A DNA stretch of 64,000 nucleotides from the human T2T-CHM13v2.0 reference genome, Homo sapiens, in assembly GCF_009914755.1 (NCBI RefSeq), contig NC_060930.1; one strand, written 5' to 3'. Positions 14,976 to 34,330 of the stretch are shown here, piece by piece. The translations under genes and the position numbers were made by a program. The number at the start of each line of letters is the position of its first letter. Positions within the stretch are counted from its first letter, which is position 1. The notes below the pieces were generated by a model. It was not told where the DNA came from. It did not search any database and was given only the letters and a program-made list of their open reading frames with translations.

Positions 14976-15029
14976 ACTTTTTGAACATTTAAGTGTTTCT
15001 ATTTATATATTTATATAATTTATTATTAT

Positions 15030-15780
15030 CTATATTAGGGCCCTGAAAAGAAACAAATCAACTCAGAGGGTTCAACTAAGAGAACTTAATGAAGAAACAA
15101 AAACCAGAGGTGCTGCGGCACTCAGGAACTAGCAAGAGCAGGAAACCTTTATGAATCCTTGGTTCAAAGGGGTAGAAGGGAGCACCACCTCGATTCCCCA
15201 CCCCAGGAATGGAGTACTCATCTACTAGCAGTTCGAAGTGCCAGGACCAACAGGTCTCAACTAAATTTTTCTCTGGGACCTGTCCTTGCCTAAGGGGAAC
15301 TTCCTCACCCAAAAGCATGCCCCCTTTCCCTGGGGCAGCCTCATGCAATGACTGGTCTGTGCAGAGGTGTGAAGATCCAGTTCACATGCCCCAAATTGGG
15401 ACAACTAACTACAGGGCCATCCTAGCCCACTCTGCCCAATCCTGATCCTCTCACTCCCCCACCCCAAGTGGTCATCCCATGAACACTCCCCAGCTAACTT
15501 CCTGTGGGCACAGTATCAGAGGCTGCTTCGCACAGAACCTACCTAGAGAAAGGCCAAGGTAAAGAAAGTGTCACCCAAGCCCTATAAGAGCTTCCACTTT
15601 GGGCAAGCAGTGAGTAGGGAAAACAGATCTCCGCCTCTCCCACTTCTCTATTTCCTGCCTGGACCTTCTATTGGTGGAAGCCATTGGGTGACATAACCCA
15701 CAGGAATCAGCCTTCTGGGGTAAAACACAGCAGAAGATAGATAATAGTGGGGAGAAGAGGGCAGAGACAAAATTTCCCCT
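15030..15780. mobile_element. Old MLT1-like LTR containing an LTR16-like solo LTR (~15185-15550)
   Basis: GCCCCCTTTCCCTGGGGCAGCC..AATGACTGGTC..CCCAAATTGGGACAACT..GAACACTCCC, as in LTR16A/B. Confidence 0.55.
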
Positions 15781-15865
15781 TAGTAATCTGGTAGTACATA
15801 CAGTGGCAAAAGAAGCCCCAAATAACTAAGAGTCTTAGCTTCCAATTTAATAGAACTATGGCTAT

Positions 15866-16279
15866 TGATATAGTTTGGATGTGTGTCCCTGCCCAAATCT
15901 CTTGTTGACATGTAATCCCCAATGTTGGAGGTTGGACTTGGTGGGAAGTGATTGGATCATGAGGGCAGATATCTCATGAATAGTTCAGTATCATTCCTTT
16001 GGTACTATCCTGACAACAGTGAGTGAATTCTCACAAGATCTGGTTGTTTAAACGTGTGTGGCACCTCGCGCCCTAACTCTTGCTCCTGCTCTGGCCTTGT
16101 GATGTGCCTGCTGCTCCCTTCACCTTCCACCATGATTGTAAGCTTCCTGGGGCCTCCCCAGGAGCTGAGCCCAGCATCATGCTTCCTATACAACTTGCAG
16201 AACCATGAGCCAGTTAAACCTCTTTCTTTATAAATTATCTAGCCTCAGGTATTTACAGCCATATGAGAACATCCTAACA
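15866..16279 (+). mobile_element. MST (MSTB-like) solo LTR
   Basis: TGATATAGTTTGG...AACA termini; exact 5-bp TSD GCTAT at 15861-15865 and 16280-16284. Confidence 0.9.
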
Positions 16280-16608
16280 GCTATGTTCTCTAGTAGAAGG
16301 CTCCTTCCTTCTTTGTTAACAAGGACTTCCAATCAAAAGCCAGCTGGCAAGGAAACCTGAGGAATGCTGCATAACTGAGCCTTTTCAGACATGAAGTATG
16401 GAGGAAGAGGAGGAAGACAGCATGTATTAGGTTGGTGCAAAGGTAGTTGCAGTTTTTGCATTGTTGAAATTTGCTATTTGATATTGGAATACATTCTTAA
16501 ATGTGGTTATGTTATACATCATTTTAATGCACATTTCACACTTTGTGGGGTTTTTTTTTTTTGCTAATGACTTATTATTTGCTGTTTATTTTATATTTAT
16601 TTGAGACT

Positions 16609-17919
<1,311 letters not shown>

Positions 17920-18025
17920 TAAAGATGTGTTTGAGCCTAGTAATAATGATTTAAAATTCAGTCTAAAACCGCAATTACTTTTGCACCAACCTAATAGAAA
18001 ATAACCAGCACCCTACTGTGTTATT

Positions 18026-18090
18026 GTATTAGTCCATTCTCATGCTGCTATGAAGAAATACCCAAGACTGGGTGATTTATAAAGGAAAGG
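18026..18090 (-). mobile_element. THE1/MST LTR end fragment
   Basis: TGTATTAGTCCATTCTCATGCTGCTATGAAGAAATACCCAAGACTGGG. Confidence 0.75.
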
Positions 18091-18199
18091 GCTGTGAGAC
18101 TGACCGTACACCAATTCGTTAGCTTGTCTGGGCCTCCATTTCCTCCTGATGAAAAGCATAAAGTTTTCTCCTCTACCTATATATTAATTTCTGTTTTTT

Positions 18200-19400
18200 T
18201 TTCTTTTAGCTGTCAGAAGCATGGGCATTCTACCTATACATTTAGCTGTGCTCATACATTCATCATTACCTCCTTCCTCCATCCTAAAGCAGAACGCAAT
18301 TCTATTCAAGATGTTCTCAGCACCTGGGCTTAGGAGTCCATCTGTTCCTGCACCCTCCACAACCTTTCACCAAGTATTACCCTCTTTATTTATTTTTTTT
18401 TTTTTTGCATCTTCACCTTTTCTTTCTCCATTTGCCACTCGATATTTAAAATACACTCAAGCCTCTCTCACTGAAAGATTAAAACCCTTCTCTTCATTTC
18501 AGTTCTCTAAGTAGCTAGCCACAACCCTTTCTCCCTCCCCTTCATGGTCAAGCTTCTAGAATACCCTGCATTGAAAGTTTTCAGGTGCACAACCATCCAC
18601 TGCCATCTGCTTTCTCACCCATCCTTGCTTTGAAATGGTTCTGCTGCTGTCTCTGGCACCTTCCTGCTTGCTTTGGTCCTTGGATGTCAGCTGCATTCCC
18701 ACTTTCTTGAAACTTCGTTCCCAGGTGTCTGCCATGCTCTTCTTATTACCCATTCTATATCACACTTTCCAAGCTTTGGGGACTGAAGGCTATGAACACA
18801 GTCTCCCAAAATGTGGCCTTTATTTTTTCTGTACCTCTAAAGTCAACACATGAGTCCTCTAGGAATTGATGTACCTCAGTTCATCCACACAACCTGAGCA
18901 ACTCAGCCATGCCTATGACTTCAGCAATCACTTACTTACTGATAATGGCCAAAAATCCCTATCTTCAAGCAGGGTTCGTATCTCAGTTCTTACCACCTAC
19001 CAGTTGTGTGGGCTTGGGAAAAGTAGTTCACCACTCATATTTCAGTTCATCTGTGAAATGCAGATTGTAATGAGATAACCCTGCCATGGTTGCCAGGGTC
19101 TCATTAGTTACAACATGTAAAGTGCTTAGATATCACTTGTTACATAATTGGTTTATAGTTAATAAATGTTTGTTATATCACTAGATACCTTCCTCTTCCC
19201 CTTTCTCTCCCCCTTCCCTCTTACCCCTTCTCTGTCTCTTTCTCTCTGTCCCCAAATCAATATATTCAACTAATAAAGGAAATTTCAACCTGAACCTCCA
19301 ACATATATGCCCAAAATTGAGCTCTATCTACTCCACTACCCTTCCTTCTGCATTTCTTATACCTGAACTAATCCTCACAGCATGCCAGAGTCCTCCATGC
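18200..19400 (+). mobile_element. L2 fragments with embedded MIR (~18970-19170)
   Basis: Pyrimidine-rich L2-like tracts; CAGTTCATCTGTGAAATG..ATGTAAAGTGCTTAG (MIR). Confidence 0.55.
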
Positions 19401-19615
19401 AGAATGACGGCCTACAGCCTTGGGATAGAGTTATTGAGTTGGTTACAAATCAGCCGCCCAAATTATATTCCTCTATCTTATCTATAAAAGTATTGGGAGT
19501 CTATTAACCTTATTGAAACCATGTTGCCATTCTTCTGTTCTACAAGTTACCATCTCAAAAAGAAACTAAGGTTCTGTGATCCAAAGAGAGAAAATAGCTA
19601 TAGAAAATGAAATGC

Positions 19616-19925
19616 AGACTGGGCATGGTGGCTTACGCTGTAATTCCAACACTTTGAGAGGCCAAAGTCAAAGTGGGAGAATCCCCTGAGCTCAGGAGTT
19701 CAAGACCAGCCTGGGCAACATGGCAAAACCCCATCTCTACAAAAAATGCAAAACATCAGCTGGGTGTGGTGGCACACGCCTGTGGTCCCAGCTACCCAGG
19801 AGGCTGAGGTGGGAGGATCACCTGAGCCCAGGAGGAGGTCAAGGCTGTAGTGAACCAAGGTAGTGCCACTGCACTCCAGCCTGGATGACAGAATGAGACC
19901 CTGTCTTAAAAAAATAAATAAAATG
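19616..19925 (+). mobile_element. AluJ
   Basis: GGTGGGAGGATCACCTGAGCCC..GGTCAAGGCTG; TSD AAATGCAG. Confidence 0.93.
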
Positions 19926-20960
19926 CAGCAAATAAATATCCTTTAAAATCTCAACAAGAGCAATTAGAAACAAATTTTCTACAGTTATTCAACTATAATA
20001 CATAATGTTTATAAAGAACATGGACAAAAAGAAAAGAAAACCTGAATCAGAACCAGGGCAGAAGCGTTTCTCTTAGCCAATTTTACCAACACCATATTGA
20101 GAAGGAATCAGAAGTATCAGAATTATAGTAGGTGTTCTTTTTAGTTTGTTGTTTTCGTATGTATGCTTGGGTGAACTGTTTAGGAAACTGTATCTAGTTA
20201 TGGATTACTCCCTGAAGAGCTGCTTTCACCCAGTAGCCTTTTGAAAACTCAGCTGGTCTTTGTCAACTAACAATACAAGAAACAGTTTATAAATCTATTA
20301 TTTTGTTTGCTATGAATATTTACTTGAGAAATTCCTTTTAAAAGCAATAATAGGAATAGCATTTCTTCCTAGAAGAAATAAGTTTTTTTCTCTCTCTCAT
20401 GATTAATCAAAGTTTTAAACTAACCCTAGTTCTCTTATCACTGGTTTTGATGACAAATTTGGTTTCTGAGTCAAATTCATTGTATTTTAGTGTCCGGGCA
20501 GGCCCTTCTGGATGGGATGTTTGTGTTCTATTTGCCCAGTACCCAATACCCCCACCACCATGATTACTAACCTACTATTCCATTTTCCATCGCCACACTC
20601 TTTAAAATTTTTATTTACTTTTTGACAAGTGTATCTGGTGAGCTGCCTCAAATTCTTGGTGAAGAAGATGAAGTGTGCATTACATTTAGTTTATTGGTGA
20701 ATCAATTATTTAATATGGATACCATTATTCCCTATTAACCCCTCATACTGTTTTTGATGTTCTAAGGTTGCAAACATTGTTTATGCATTATCAACAGGAG
20801 GCAGCTGAACTGATTAAGCCCACCTGACGCACCCTACTGCCCAGACTGGACAGGCCAAGCAAGTCCCCGATTGATGCCTGACCATCTTATCCAAACAGTA
20901 GGCCTCTCTTCCAGAGTCCATACTCCAAAGATAGTTTGAGAAGATGATAGGGAGGGCAGA

Positions 20961-21484
20961 TGTATTAGTTCTCTAGAAGGACGGGACTAATAGGATAAAT
21001 GTATACATGAAAGGGAGTTATTAAGGAGCATTGACTCACACGATCACAAAGTGAAGTCCCACAATAGGCCATGTGCAAGCTGAGGAGCAGGGAAGCCATT
21101 CTGAGTCCCAAAACCTCAAAATAGGGAAGCCAACAGTGCAGTCTTGAGTCTGTGGCTGAAGGCCCGAGAGCCACTGGCAAACCACTGGTGTAAGTCCAAG
21201 AGTCCAAAAGCTGAAGAACTTGGAGTCTGATGTTCGAGGGCAGGAAGCATCCAGCACAGGAGAAAAATGAAAGCCAGAAGACTCAAGCAGTCTGTTCTTT
21301 CCATTCCTGCTTTTATGGTGGCAGCTGATTGGATGGTGCTCACCAGATTGAGGGTGGGTTGGCCTGTCCCAGTCTACTGACTCGAATGTTAATCTCCTTT
21401 GACAACACCCTCACAGACACACCCAGGAACAATACTTTGCATCCTTTAATCCAATCAAGTTGACACTCAGTATTAACCATCACA
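20961..21484 (-). mobile_element. MLT2A (HERV-L) solo LTR
   Basis: TGTATTAG...TTGACACTCAGTATTAACCATCACA; TSD (G/C)CAGA. Confidence 0.9.
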
Positions 21485-22365
21485 CCAGACAAATTTATTA
21501 TTCCACAAATTCATATTATCTTTATTTTCCAATTTCTCTTGAGAATCCTCATTCTGTACCTCTCCTCCATCCCTCTTTTGGCCATTTAATTATTTCATTC
21601 TTCATCCTCAGAAGGAAGTGAGGAAAATATGGCCAAATATTAGACTGTTAAAATGTGTACCTGAGACGGGAAAAAAATTAAAGACCAATGCTCTGTAGTA
21701 AGAGCAGAAAATTAAGGAAATTATTTTTTTGATTTGTGACGTCCTGAAAAAAAAGTTTCTTCTAGAATTATCTACAGAGACTGTTTGTATTTCCTACCTA
21801 CAGTAATTATCTAAATTGTCCACTTCTTACCCACCATGGAGATCTAAGCAAGACATGAAAAATGGCTTTTTCCCAGTTTTGGAGAAGTTATTCTAATGAG
21901 TTTAGGCTCCTTGCTTTACTATTTTCTTTCCTCATTTTCAACCACCAATTAAATCTAATATTTGTATGTAATTTTCTTGGAGAAAGCATGCAAACACAAA
22001 CAAGATACAATTTTCTTACTTATTAAGTCTCTAGGAGAAAATTTTATACTGAGAAAAACAATGCTTTTGGATAAGTATAATCCTTTGTTTCCATTTCTCA
22101 CACCCCGTGAAAGTGGCTAATCATAATTTGGGCTCTTTTTTTTTTTTTTTGAATAATGCAAAATGCTGGAATTTTTAAATGATCATACTTCAACAAATAA
22201 AACTTGAAAAGGGAACACTGTCAGTAACAGAATAATCCATCATCTTGGGCAGGCAACTGATTATTTGTAATATTACCCATCTCCAAGTATCAAAACTGAA
22301 GAGCTTTTTCATTAATTCGAGAAACTGGAGCATTCTCAGAAAATTCCACAATAATGTATCTTGTC

Positions 22366-22465
22366 CAGAAGTGGGTTTACCGCGAAGATGATGAAGGTGA
22401 AGCCTCAGAGCCCTTCATTTTTTTTTTCTTAGGCCCTGGAGGCCCTATCAATGTAAGGGTCACAT
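22366..22465 (+). mobile_element. Left end of Zaphod/MER115-like hAT element
   Basis: CAGAAGTGGGTTTACCGCGAAGATGATGAAGGTGAAGCCTCAGAGCCC resembles the recalled consensus terminus. Confidence 0.55.
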
Positions 22466-22676
22466 TTTTTTATATATACTTTAAGTTCTAGGGTACATGT
22501 GCATAACGTGCAGGTTTGTCACGTAAGTATACATGTGCCATGCTGGTTTGCTGCACCCATGAACTCATCATTTACATTACGTATTTCTCCTAATGCTATC
22601 CCTCTGCCAGCCCCCCACCCCATGACAGGCCCCCGTGTGTGATGTTCCCCGCCCTGTGTCCAAGTGTTCTCATTGT

Positions 22677-26489
<3,813 letters not shown>

Positions 26490-26547
26490 TATGATGTTAG
26501 CTGGTTATTTTGCCCATTAATAGATTTCTTTATAGCATCAGTGGTTT

Positions 26548-27566
26548 TTACAATTTGGCATGTTTTTGCAGTGGCTGGTACCGGTTTTTTCATTCCATGG
26601 TTAGTGCTTCCTTCAGGAGCTCTTGTAAGGCAAGCCTGGTGGTGACAAAATCTCTCAGCATTTGCTTGTCTGTAAAGGATTTTATTTCTCCTTCACTTGT
26701 GAAGCTTAGTTTGGCTGGATATGAAAGGCTGGGTTGAAAGTTCTTTTCTTTAAGATTGTTGAATATTGGCCCACACTCTCTTCTGGCTTGTAGGGTTTCT
26801 GCCAAGAGATCTGCTGTTAGTCTGATGGGCTTCCCTTTGTGGGTAACTTGACCTTTCTCTCTGGCTGCCCTTAACACTTTTTCCTTCATTTCAACCTTGG
26901 TGAATCTGACAATTATGTGTCTTGGGGTTGCTCTTCTCGAGGAGTATCTTTGTGGTGTTCTCTGTATTTCCTGAATTTGAATGTTGGCCTGCCTTGCTAG
27001 GTTGGGGAAGTTCTCCTGGATAATATCCTGAAGAGTGTTTTCCAAATTGGTTCCATTCTCCCCATCACTTTCAGGTACACCAATCAAATGTAGATTTGGT
27101 CTTTTCACATAGTCCCATATTTCTTGGAGGCTTTGTGCATTCCTTTTTACTCTTTTTCCTCTAACCTTGTCTTCTCACTTTATTTCATTCAATTGATCTT
27201 CAATCACTGATACCCTTTCTTCCACTTGATCAAATCAGCTACTGAAGCTTGTGCATGTATCACAAAGTTCTCGTGCCATGGTTTTCAGCTCCATCAGGTC
27301 ATTTAACGTTTTCTCTACACTGTTTAGTTAGCCATTCATCTAATCTTTTTTCAAGGTTTTTAGCTTCCTTGTGAAGGTTTGAACATCCTCCTTTAGCTCG
27401 TAGAAGTTTGTTATTACCAACCTTCTGAAGCCTACTTCTGTCAACTCGTCAAAGTCATTCTCCGTCCAGCTTTGTTCCCTTGCTGGTGAGGAGCTGTGAT
27501 CCTTTGGAGGAGAAGAGGCACTGGATTTTTAGAATTTTCAGCTCTTCTGCTCCGGTTTCTCCCCAT
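26548..27566 (-). pseudogene. L1 ORF1, disrupted
   Basis: KRPNLHLIGVPESDGENGTNLENTLQDIIQENFPNLARQ..; ATG at 27566; interrupted frame. Confidence 0.9.
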
Positions 27567-28161
27567 CTTTGTGATTTTATCTACCTTTGGTCTTTGATGT
27601 TGGTGACCTACAGATGGGATTTTGGTGTAGCTGAGCTTTTTGTTGATGTTGATGCTATTCCTTTCTGTTTGTTAGTTTTCCTTCTAACAGTCATGTCTCT
27701 CAGCTGCAGGTCTGTTGGAGTTTGCTGGAGTTCCACTCCAGACCCTGTTTGCCTGGGTATCACCAGTGGAGTCTGCAGAATAGCAAATATTACAGAACAG
27801 CAAATATTGCTGCCTGATCCTTCCTCTGGAAGCTTCGTCCCAGAGGGGCAGCCACTTATATGAGGTGTCTGTCGGCCCCTACTGGGAGATGTCTCCCAGT
27901 TAGGCTACACAGGGGTTGGGGACCCACTTGAGGAGGCAGTCTGTCCATTCTCAGAGCTCAAACGCCATGCAAAGAGAACCACTGCTCTCTTCAGAGCTGT
28001 CAGACAGGGACGTTTAAGTCTGCAGAAGTTGTCTATTGCCTTTTGTTTAGCTATGCCCTGCCCACAGAGGTGCAGTCTAGAGGCAGTAGGCCTTGTTGAG
28101 CTGCGGTGGGCACCCAGTTCAAGCTTCCTGGCTGCTTTGTTTACCTACTCAAGCCTCAGCA

Positions 28162-28302
28162 ATGGCCAACACCCCTCCCCCAGCCAGGCTGCCACCTCGC
28201 AGATCGATCTCAGACTGCTGCGCTAGCAGTGAGCAAGGCTCCATGGGTGTGGGACCCACCAAGCCAGGCACAGGAGAGAATCACCTTGTCTGCCATTTGT
28301 GA
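28162..28302 (+). other. L1 ORF0 homologue, truncated (46 aa)
   Basis: GCAATGG start; MANTPPPARLPPRRSISDCCASSEQGSMGVGPTKPG resembles L1HS ORF0 MAGAPPPASLPPCSLISDCCASNQRDSVGVGPSEPG. Confidence 0.7.
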
Positions 28303-28602
28303 AGACCTTGGGAAAAGCACAGTATTTGGGCGTGAGTGCCCCATTTTTCCAGGTAGTCTGTCATGGCTTCCCTTGACTAGGAAAGGGAAATCCCCTGACC
28401 CTTTGTGCTTCCCGGGTGAGGCAAGGCCCTGCCCTGCTTGAACTTGCCCTCCATGGGCTGCACCCACTGTCCAACCAGTCCCAATGAGATGAACCATGTA
28501 CCTCAGTTGGAAATGTAGAAATCACCCGTCTTCTGCATCAATCATGCTGGGAACTGCAGACCAGAGCTGTTCCTATTCAGCCATCTTCAAAATTTCCCCT
28601 AC

Positions 28603-29059
<457 letters not shown>

Positions 29060-29060
<1 letters not shown>

Positions 29061-29133
29061 GTATTCTTTTTACTTGAAGAGGGACTCCAAAATTTCATAC
29101 GTTTCAGGATACCTAAAACCTAGATTTATGCCT
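29060..29133 (+). mobile_element. Right end of Zaphod/MER115-like hAT element
   Basis: GTATTCTTTTTACTTGAAGAGGGACTCCAAAATT..TTCAGG..AAAACCTAGAT. Confidence 0.5.
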
Positions 29134-29264
29134 CATCTCAATGAAAAGCAATTCAGCGTGTATTTTGTCCAAAGTAAGATTGTAACTACAGCAAGCCAGC
29201 TCTCATCTATAAAATACCATTTTAATTGCTTACAACTGAAGAAAAATATGCATCTATTTGGTTC

Positions 29265-29783
<519 letters not shown>

Positions 29784-30854
29784 AGGATTTTTAAATATTC
29801 AAATAAGCCCCATTGTAATTTCAATAATTATCTTTTAACTGGTATTAATAATTTATCCATAATTCACATTGCCTTGTAAACTAGGGGAACTTGGCTATAA
29901 TTCAAATATACAACTGATCTGGTAATAGATATGATCGGACTTGTAAAAATTTGTGCCTCTAAAGATTTGAGAACAAGTATACTTTCAGAACAAAGTATAC
30001 TTTAAAAATAACCAATGTAGTAAGAACATAAAAAGTTACATGTCCATTATGACCTGTTGGTAAGGACATTAAAGTTTTATCAAACTAGAACATTTATGAA
30101 ATATGAGAATCTTTCATCAAAGAACAGTCTTTCTGTAGTTTAAATGCAGCAATTATAATCCCAACCATGCTTGCTAATCTTAGCTACCGGGAAGTTAGAA
30201 AGAGAGAAAGGTAATTCATAAGACAGCTTGGTACCCAAAACCACCTAGGTTTTTGTGGTCTATAGTCAACACCTCAAATTATATCGAGAAACAAACAGGC
30301 AGCCAAAGGGAAATGTAGACTACAATTCTAGCAACCTATAATTTTATTCCTTGTAGTTTGTGCCTCTCCACTGCAAAGTGGCTCTAGTCTGCCTGGTCCA
30401 CAGCTTCCAGTTGGCCTCTTAGAGTGTGTTGCAGACATCCAGCCAAAAGCTCACTATGACCATCTAGAATAGTGCTCCCAGAAGCTGTCATGGAGTTTTA
30501 CCCATAATGGGTGCTCACCCCTAAATATCTGTTAGTAATGATACCATGACAATTATGGCAAGCGAAGACTGACTCTGGATGATCTGGCTCACAATCCCAC
30601 CCAGATCAACTTGCACAGTCACTTATACATGAGTCATGGTCCTGATTCTATTGTTGAAATAAAAGGTTTGGTGAAGTGCTTTTACACCTTGAGAGTGAAG
30701 AGATTAAGTCAAGGCCAAGTGTCTCAAACTTGAGGGTAAGAATGGAGAGTAGAAAGCTGACCATAACAGAAAGGGCCCATATTTTTGAGTTATGACACTG
30801 ATTTCCTGCCTTAAAAATGACTGACATTTTCAAGGCACCTACCATTTACTGGGG

Positions 30855-31030
30855 ATTATGCCAAGGGCTTTTTATGCCTCATCTCATTTTATATCTACAA
30901 ACAGGCAATTTTATTAGTACTGTTATTTTGCAGGTAAGGAAACAGATTCAGAGGGGAAGCATAGCAGCAAACGGCTAGTACCTGAGGGAAAGACCCTAGA
31001 TTTAAACGTAGCCTGCTGGCCTCAAGAACT
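30855..31030 (-). mobile_element. MIR
   Basis: ATTTTGCAGGTAAGGAAACAGATTCAGAG. Confidence 0.6.
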
Positions 31031-31164
31031 TGGACTCAAGAGCTGGGAAACATCATGCCAATGTTTCCCAAAGTTTGAAACAGAATCTCTGGCAGTCTGT
31101 GACAGGATTTTATTTGGTGCACAGATGCTTCATTAAATTTTGAGAAAGTTATTTTCTTTGAAGT

Positions 31165-32018
31165 TCTTTCAATTTTTCTTTTAAATCTAAGTTTCCATTT
31201 CAGGTCATCTCTTTGCTCATGCATATGAGTATATACTGTTAGAAGCAACCAGGCCACATCTTGAATGCTTTGCTGCTTAGAAATTTCTTCTGCCAGATAC
31301 TCTAAGTCATCTCTCTCAAGTTCAAAGTTCCAAAGATCCCTAGAGCTGCCAGTCTCTTTGCTAAAGCATAGCAAGAGCAACCTTTACTGCAGCTCCCAGT
31401 AAGTTCTACATCTCTGTATGAGACCACCTCAGCCTGGACTTCACTGTCTATATTACTATCAGCATTTGTTCACAACAATTTAACAAGTCTCTAGGAAGTT
31501 CCAAACTTCCCCTCATCTTCCTGTCTTCTTCTGAGCTCTCCAAATTGTTCCAACCTCTGCCCATTACCCAGTTGCAACGATGCTTCCACATTTTCAGGTA
31601 TCTTTATAGCAATGCCCCACTTCCCGGTACCAATTTTCTGTATCAGTTCATTCTCTTATCGCTATAAAGAACTACCTGAGACTGGATAATTTATGAAGAA
31701 AAGAGGTTTAATTGACTCACAATTCTGCAGGCTGTACGGGAAGCACGGCTGGGGAGGCCTCAGGAAACTTACAATCATGGTGGAAGGTGAAGGGGAAGCA
31801 GGCACATCTTCACATGACAGAGCTTGTGAAGAAAGAGGGAAGGGGGAAATGCTACATACTTTTAAACAAGCAGATCTCGTGAGAACTCACTATCATGAGA
31901 ACAGCAAGGGGGAAGTCCACCCCCATGATCCAATTACCTCCCACCAGGCCCCTCCTCCAACACTAGGGATTACAATTCAACATGAGATTTGGGCGGGGAC
32001 ACAGACCCAAACCATATC
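31165..32018 (-). mobile_element. MST MaLR: 5' LTR (31639-32018) plus start of internal region
   Basis: LTR TGTATCAG...AAACCATATCA preceded by GGTACCAATTTTC; internal [31 protein letters not shown]. Confidence 0.88.
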
Positions 32019-32019
32019 A

Positions 32020-32640
32020 AGACCTGAATGGCCAAAACAACTTTGAAAAAGCAAAACAAAGTTGGAGAGCTAACTCTACCTGATTTCAATGCTTCCTATA
32101 AAGATATAGTGTTCAAGACAGTGTGAGATAGAAGTAAAGGTAGACAAATAAATCAGTGAAACAGAAAAGAGAGTGGAGAAACATGCCCACACATAAATGG
32201 AAAACTGATTTTCAACAAAGGTGCAAAGGCAATTCAGTGGAGAAGGGATCATCTTTTCAAAAAATGGTGCTGGAATAATAAAACATCCATATGCAATAAT
32301 AATAACCTTTTATCCATGCCATGTGCCATATACAAAAATTAGCCCCAAATTGATCATTGACCTAAATGTAAAACCTAAAGCTAAAAAACTTCTAGATGCT
32401 AACATAGGAGAAAATCTTTGTGGCCATGGGTTAGGCAGTGATTTCTTAGATACAACACCAAAATGATGATCCATTTTTTAAAAACTAATATATTGGACTT
32501 AATCAAAATTTAAAAATGCTCTTTGATGGATACTGTTAAGAGAAATAGAAGACAGACCATAGATTGGGAGAAAATACTTGCAAAGCACATATCTAATAAA
32601 GGACTTGTATTAGAATACAAAGAACTCTTAAAATAAAGAA
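32020..32640 (+). mobile_element. L1M ORF2 fragment
   Basis: LTLPDF..YK..V.KTV and CTGATTTTCAACAAAGGTGC, typical of L1M ORF2. Confidence 0.8.
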
Positions 32641-32928
32641 GTTGCCCTGCAGTAAAAGAGTGAAATTGAGAAGCAAAATGAGTCCTGGCAGCATTGCCTA
32701 AATGTTGCTAGACTGGGGCTAGATGTAGCTAGACTGGGGCTTTCCCACAGTTTGATTACATGAGCCCATGAATTACCCTTTCTGTCTGGTTCACGTAAGG
32801 TTTCTATTACTTGTCACCAAAAATACATCCTCATTTAGAGGAATGGAAGTATGAGAGAGAGGATCCAAAAGATGGAACATAAAAATGATTTTTCTATAAG
32901 AGTAACTGTTGAGAAACAAAAGATTTAG

Positions 32929-33316
<388 letters not shown>

Positions 33317-33339
33317 TGAGTATGTATTATATTTTTAAA

Positions 33340-33510
33340 AAATAATTTCAACTTTTATTTTAGATTTGGGGGTACATGTGCAGGTCTGCCACATGGAAAC
33401 GCTGTATGACGCTAAGGTTTGGGGTATGGATGATCCCATTACCCAGGCAGTGAGCACAACACCCAACAGGCAGTCCCTCAGCCCTCAGCCCCCTCCCTTC
33501 CTCCTCCCTA
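33340..33510 (-). mobile_element. Old L1PA (PA15/16-like) 3' stub
   Basis: GGGGGTACATGTGCAGG..GATCCCATTACCCAGGCAGTGAGCA. Confidence 0.75.
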
Positions 33511-33519
33511 AAATTTTTA

Positions 33520-34330
33520 AAGCACACATATTTCAATCCAAAAAAAATTAACTGCTGGATATTTACCCTAGATAAACCTGTGCACCAAGAGAAATGTGTA
33601 AAGATATTTGCCACAGCTTCATTGTAATAATAACACAATTACAAACAACTGAGTTGTCCATCAAAAAAAGACTAGTTATGCAATCCATTGTAGATTCCTA
33701 TCGTAGCTGGGCTAGGTGGCTCATGCCTGTAATCCCAGCACTTCCGGAGGCCAATGCAGGAGGATTGCTTGAGGCCAGGAGTTCAAGACCAGCCTGGACA
33801 ACATAATACCCCTATCTCTACAAAAAAAAAAAAAAACTACACACACCAGTAGTCCCAGCTACTCAAGAAGCTGAGGTGGAGCTTGAGCGCAGGAGTTCGA
33901 GGCTGCAGTGAGCCATGATTGTGCCACTTGCACTCCAGCCTGGATGACAGAGCAGGACTCTGTCTCATAAATACATACATACATACATAAAGATTCATAT
34001 TATGCAATGCCTGGCAATAGTTAAAAAGAATGAGATGGATCTGTTTGCACTGACATGGAAAGAACTACAAGACATTGCTATGTAAAATAAGCAAAGCAAA
34101 TCAAATCATTAGCATATTTAGTGTTTAAAATAAAATACACCAAAAACCCTCTATATTTCTATATGGGAACATACACATGTAGGTAAATGTATACAAAAGA
34201 ACTGGAAGTTTCCACCTCCAACTGTTAATTGGGTTTACCTCTGCGGGGATGGGGATTGGAAGCAGTTAAAAGGAGCCCTTCACTACATCTGTTTTGTTTG
34301 AATTGTTTGCACATAAATAAATTCACTAGA
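33520..34330 (+). mobile_element. L1ME-type fragment containing AluJ (33706-33990)
   Basis: AAAAAGAATGAGATGGATCTG..GACATGGAAAGA; Alu with (ATAC)n tail. Confidence 0.7.

Noticed and set aside
19078-19100. Short imperfect inverted repeat ACCCTGCCA..TGCCAGGGT
   Set aside because: Too short; within a decayed MIR; chance level.
32707-32741. 14-bp direct repeat GCTAGACTGGGGCT
   Set aside because: Ordinary small tandem duplication inside an LTR remnant; not an array.
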